Assembly (NCBI RefSeq): GCF_032191835.1
Contig: NC_083243.1
Location: 169,818,001 to 169,882,000 of the forward strand
Direction of reading: 5' to 3'
Length of the DNA: 64,000 nt
Source of the DNA: Heteronotia binoei
Taxonomy: Eukaryota
Shown here: piece by piece, positions 62,075 to 64,000 of the stretch
Layout of the letters: each line of letters begins with the position of its first letter
Numbering within the stretch: position 1 is the stretch's first letter
The notes under the pieces: generated by a model
What the model was told of the DNA's origin: nothing
Databases searched by the model: none
Seen by the model: only the letters and a program-made list of their open reading frames with translations
Made by a program: the position numbers and the translations under genes

Positions 62075-62988
62075 GTTTAGATTCTGAGAAGTTCATAAAA
62101 TAATAATTTTGAGCAGTATTTATTAAAATGAAGTTATAAAGGAATATTCTGTTAAAGAGTCTCTGAACAAGCAGATAACATCAAGAAAAATGCTTTCCTT
62201 GTTAACATGATTTGTTAGCACCCAAATGTAGAATAGTTCTCTGCTGTATGTTTATCACAAGGCTTTTAAATGCTTAATACTGTATTTAAAACAATTATAT
62301 ATATTGATTATATTCAGCTAAGGAAATGCATGAAGTTGGAAATGCATGAAGTTTAAGCAGTCTGATTATTAATCTACCAGAATGTGTAGTATAACGTTGC
62401 AGTCAGCATTATTTTAACAAAGGTAAACTTTGTTACTGGAAAATATTTCCAGCTAATTAAAACACAAGGTCAAAGAAGGCTGGGATAAGAGCCAAAAGAG
62501 ATAGCCAACTAAAATACTTCTAACACAACAGATATTTTGATATTAATGCCCTGTATAGAACCTTTGAACCAGGTGAAGTAAATCAAATTTTGAAGGCTAA
62601 TTAAAATAGTAATTAGAACATCAGAAATGATTTCTATACAAAGAGGGCCCTCAAATCGTTAAGAAGAAAAGTGTTTTATTTACAGTTTTTGCAGGAAATA
62701 AAAACTTAAATATCTTGAAAAATCAGATAAAAATTTCTGATTAGATAATGAACAAGAATATATAGTCAAGAAAGAAAAATGAGTTCTTTTAGCATATGCT
62801 ATTCTGAAGCTGAAAAATCCATATAAAAGTTCAGTTTTTCTAAGAAATGGCTGATGTGGTATTATTATCAATAATTGTTTTCATATATTTTGTAGAAATG
62901 CTTAATAAACAAATGTTTTTATATGTGTTATGCTTGCAAAAACAGTATTATACAATATAAAGTTTTGCTTGTAATATGAATTTAAGGT

Positions 62989-63395
62989 TGTAAATTCATG
63001 AGAGATGGAAAATCTAGGAAAGTAGCCAACTGAAGATAGTGAGAAAGTCATTGTCAGGAAGGATGTTACATTTCATTTTTAAAGAGGAAGTCTTGACAAG
63101 ACACCTGTGGATGAAAAGGACAGTAAAGTTGAAAATAAGCCAGGAACATCTTGTTTGTCAAATGTAAGATTAATTAATGTCAGAGACAATAAAAATGCAA
63201 GAGCGCATGCATGGTGATGTCAGATTAATGATATAATCGAGAGGAGAGACCACGAGTATAAAAGTTTGAACACAACTGGAACTCATTGAACAACTGTGGC
63301 TGTATATTGTTCCTTAATCAAATAAAACCTTTGTTACCTTTTTTTTGCTGTCCGGATTTTGCCTCACTGTGTGACTTTAATTGGCTAGTCACACA
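62989..63395 (+). mobile_element. Probable solo LTR
   Basis: TATAAAA near 63257, AATAAA near 63321, end ...gtcacaca; start and TSD not resolved. Confidence 0.45.
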
Positions 63396-64000
63396 AGCCA
63401 AAGAACCTTAGCTCCCTGAGGGCATTGCTTTCAAGCAGATGTATGTGGAGGAGTGGGAAATCAAACCTGATTCTCCCAGATAAGAGTTCACACACTACAC
63501 CACTACACCAAACTGTCTCTCACACCAAACTGAAAAGAAGGAAAAAAAGAAGCCAGAGAACCCAGTCCCTCTGTTTGTTTTGCATTAATTTCAAAAGCTA
63601 TTTTCATTAAAAATAGGTTTAGTAGAGTTAACTTGAACCTAAGTATGGGATAGAAAGAAACTCCACCCCCAGACCTTTCTCTCCATAAATTGATTGAAAT
63701 ACGGCAGCTTGTTACATTCAGCAATTCCAGTGATTAAAACTTAGCTATCTATACCATTGCCCCATGGAGATTTTTAAAAAGTGTGGGCATGCAAACTGTT
63801 TGGTTTGGCTGGTTTGTGAATGTGTGCATGAGAGAGTTCACTTTCATTTTAGTGGAAGTGCAGCTGCTATTGAACTATTTGAATGCAAAAAAAGAGGAGG
63901 AGGAAATGAAGACTGTATTCAGGGAAACTGCACTGCTGTATTTTTATTCCTTAATTTTTAGGGAATGAGAAAGTCTCCCGGCTCTATTCCCAAAGTCCCC

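Noticed and set aside
1-64000. CRISPR arrays, rRNA or tRNA genes, prokaryotic operons
   Set aside because: None seen. The sequence is vertebrate; tRNA-like and 5S-like pieces are SINE heads, and the repeats are TE-derived.

Overview
Vertebrate genomic DNA from a squamate reptile, probably a gecko (inferred from the BovB, CR1, L2, Penelope and hAT-MITE families present). The window is part of a class II olfactory receptor (OR) cluster with five intact single-exon OR ORFs: two OR10Q1-like paralogs (+), one OR10W1-like (+), one OR6Q1-like (-) and one OR6/OR11-family gene (-). It also holds an orphan, frameshifted vomeronasal type-2 receptor (V2R) 7TM fragment. The intergenic space is densely filled with often nested transposable elements. 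The most interesting observations are: (1) a homeodomain-site cluster at 60990-62615, including a 12/13 match to the mouse H/P-element 13-mer, as a candidate reptile OR-cluster enhancer; (2) a 257-bp near-identical tract between the two OR10Q1-like genes, suggesting gene conversion; (3) apparent conservation of the mammalian OR6Q1/OR10Q1/OR10W1 neighbourhood; (4) the V2R fragment; (5) paired loss of two ECL2 cysteines in one OR; (6) a CpG-rich 100-bp near-perfect palindrome; (7) several DNA-repair or retrotransposition scars. Orthology calls rest on my recollection of the human proteins and need BLAST/phylogeny confirmation. Most TE boundaries are approximate unless a TSD is quoted.
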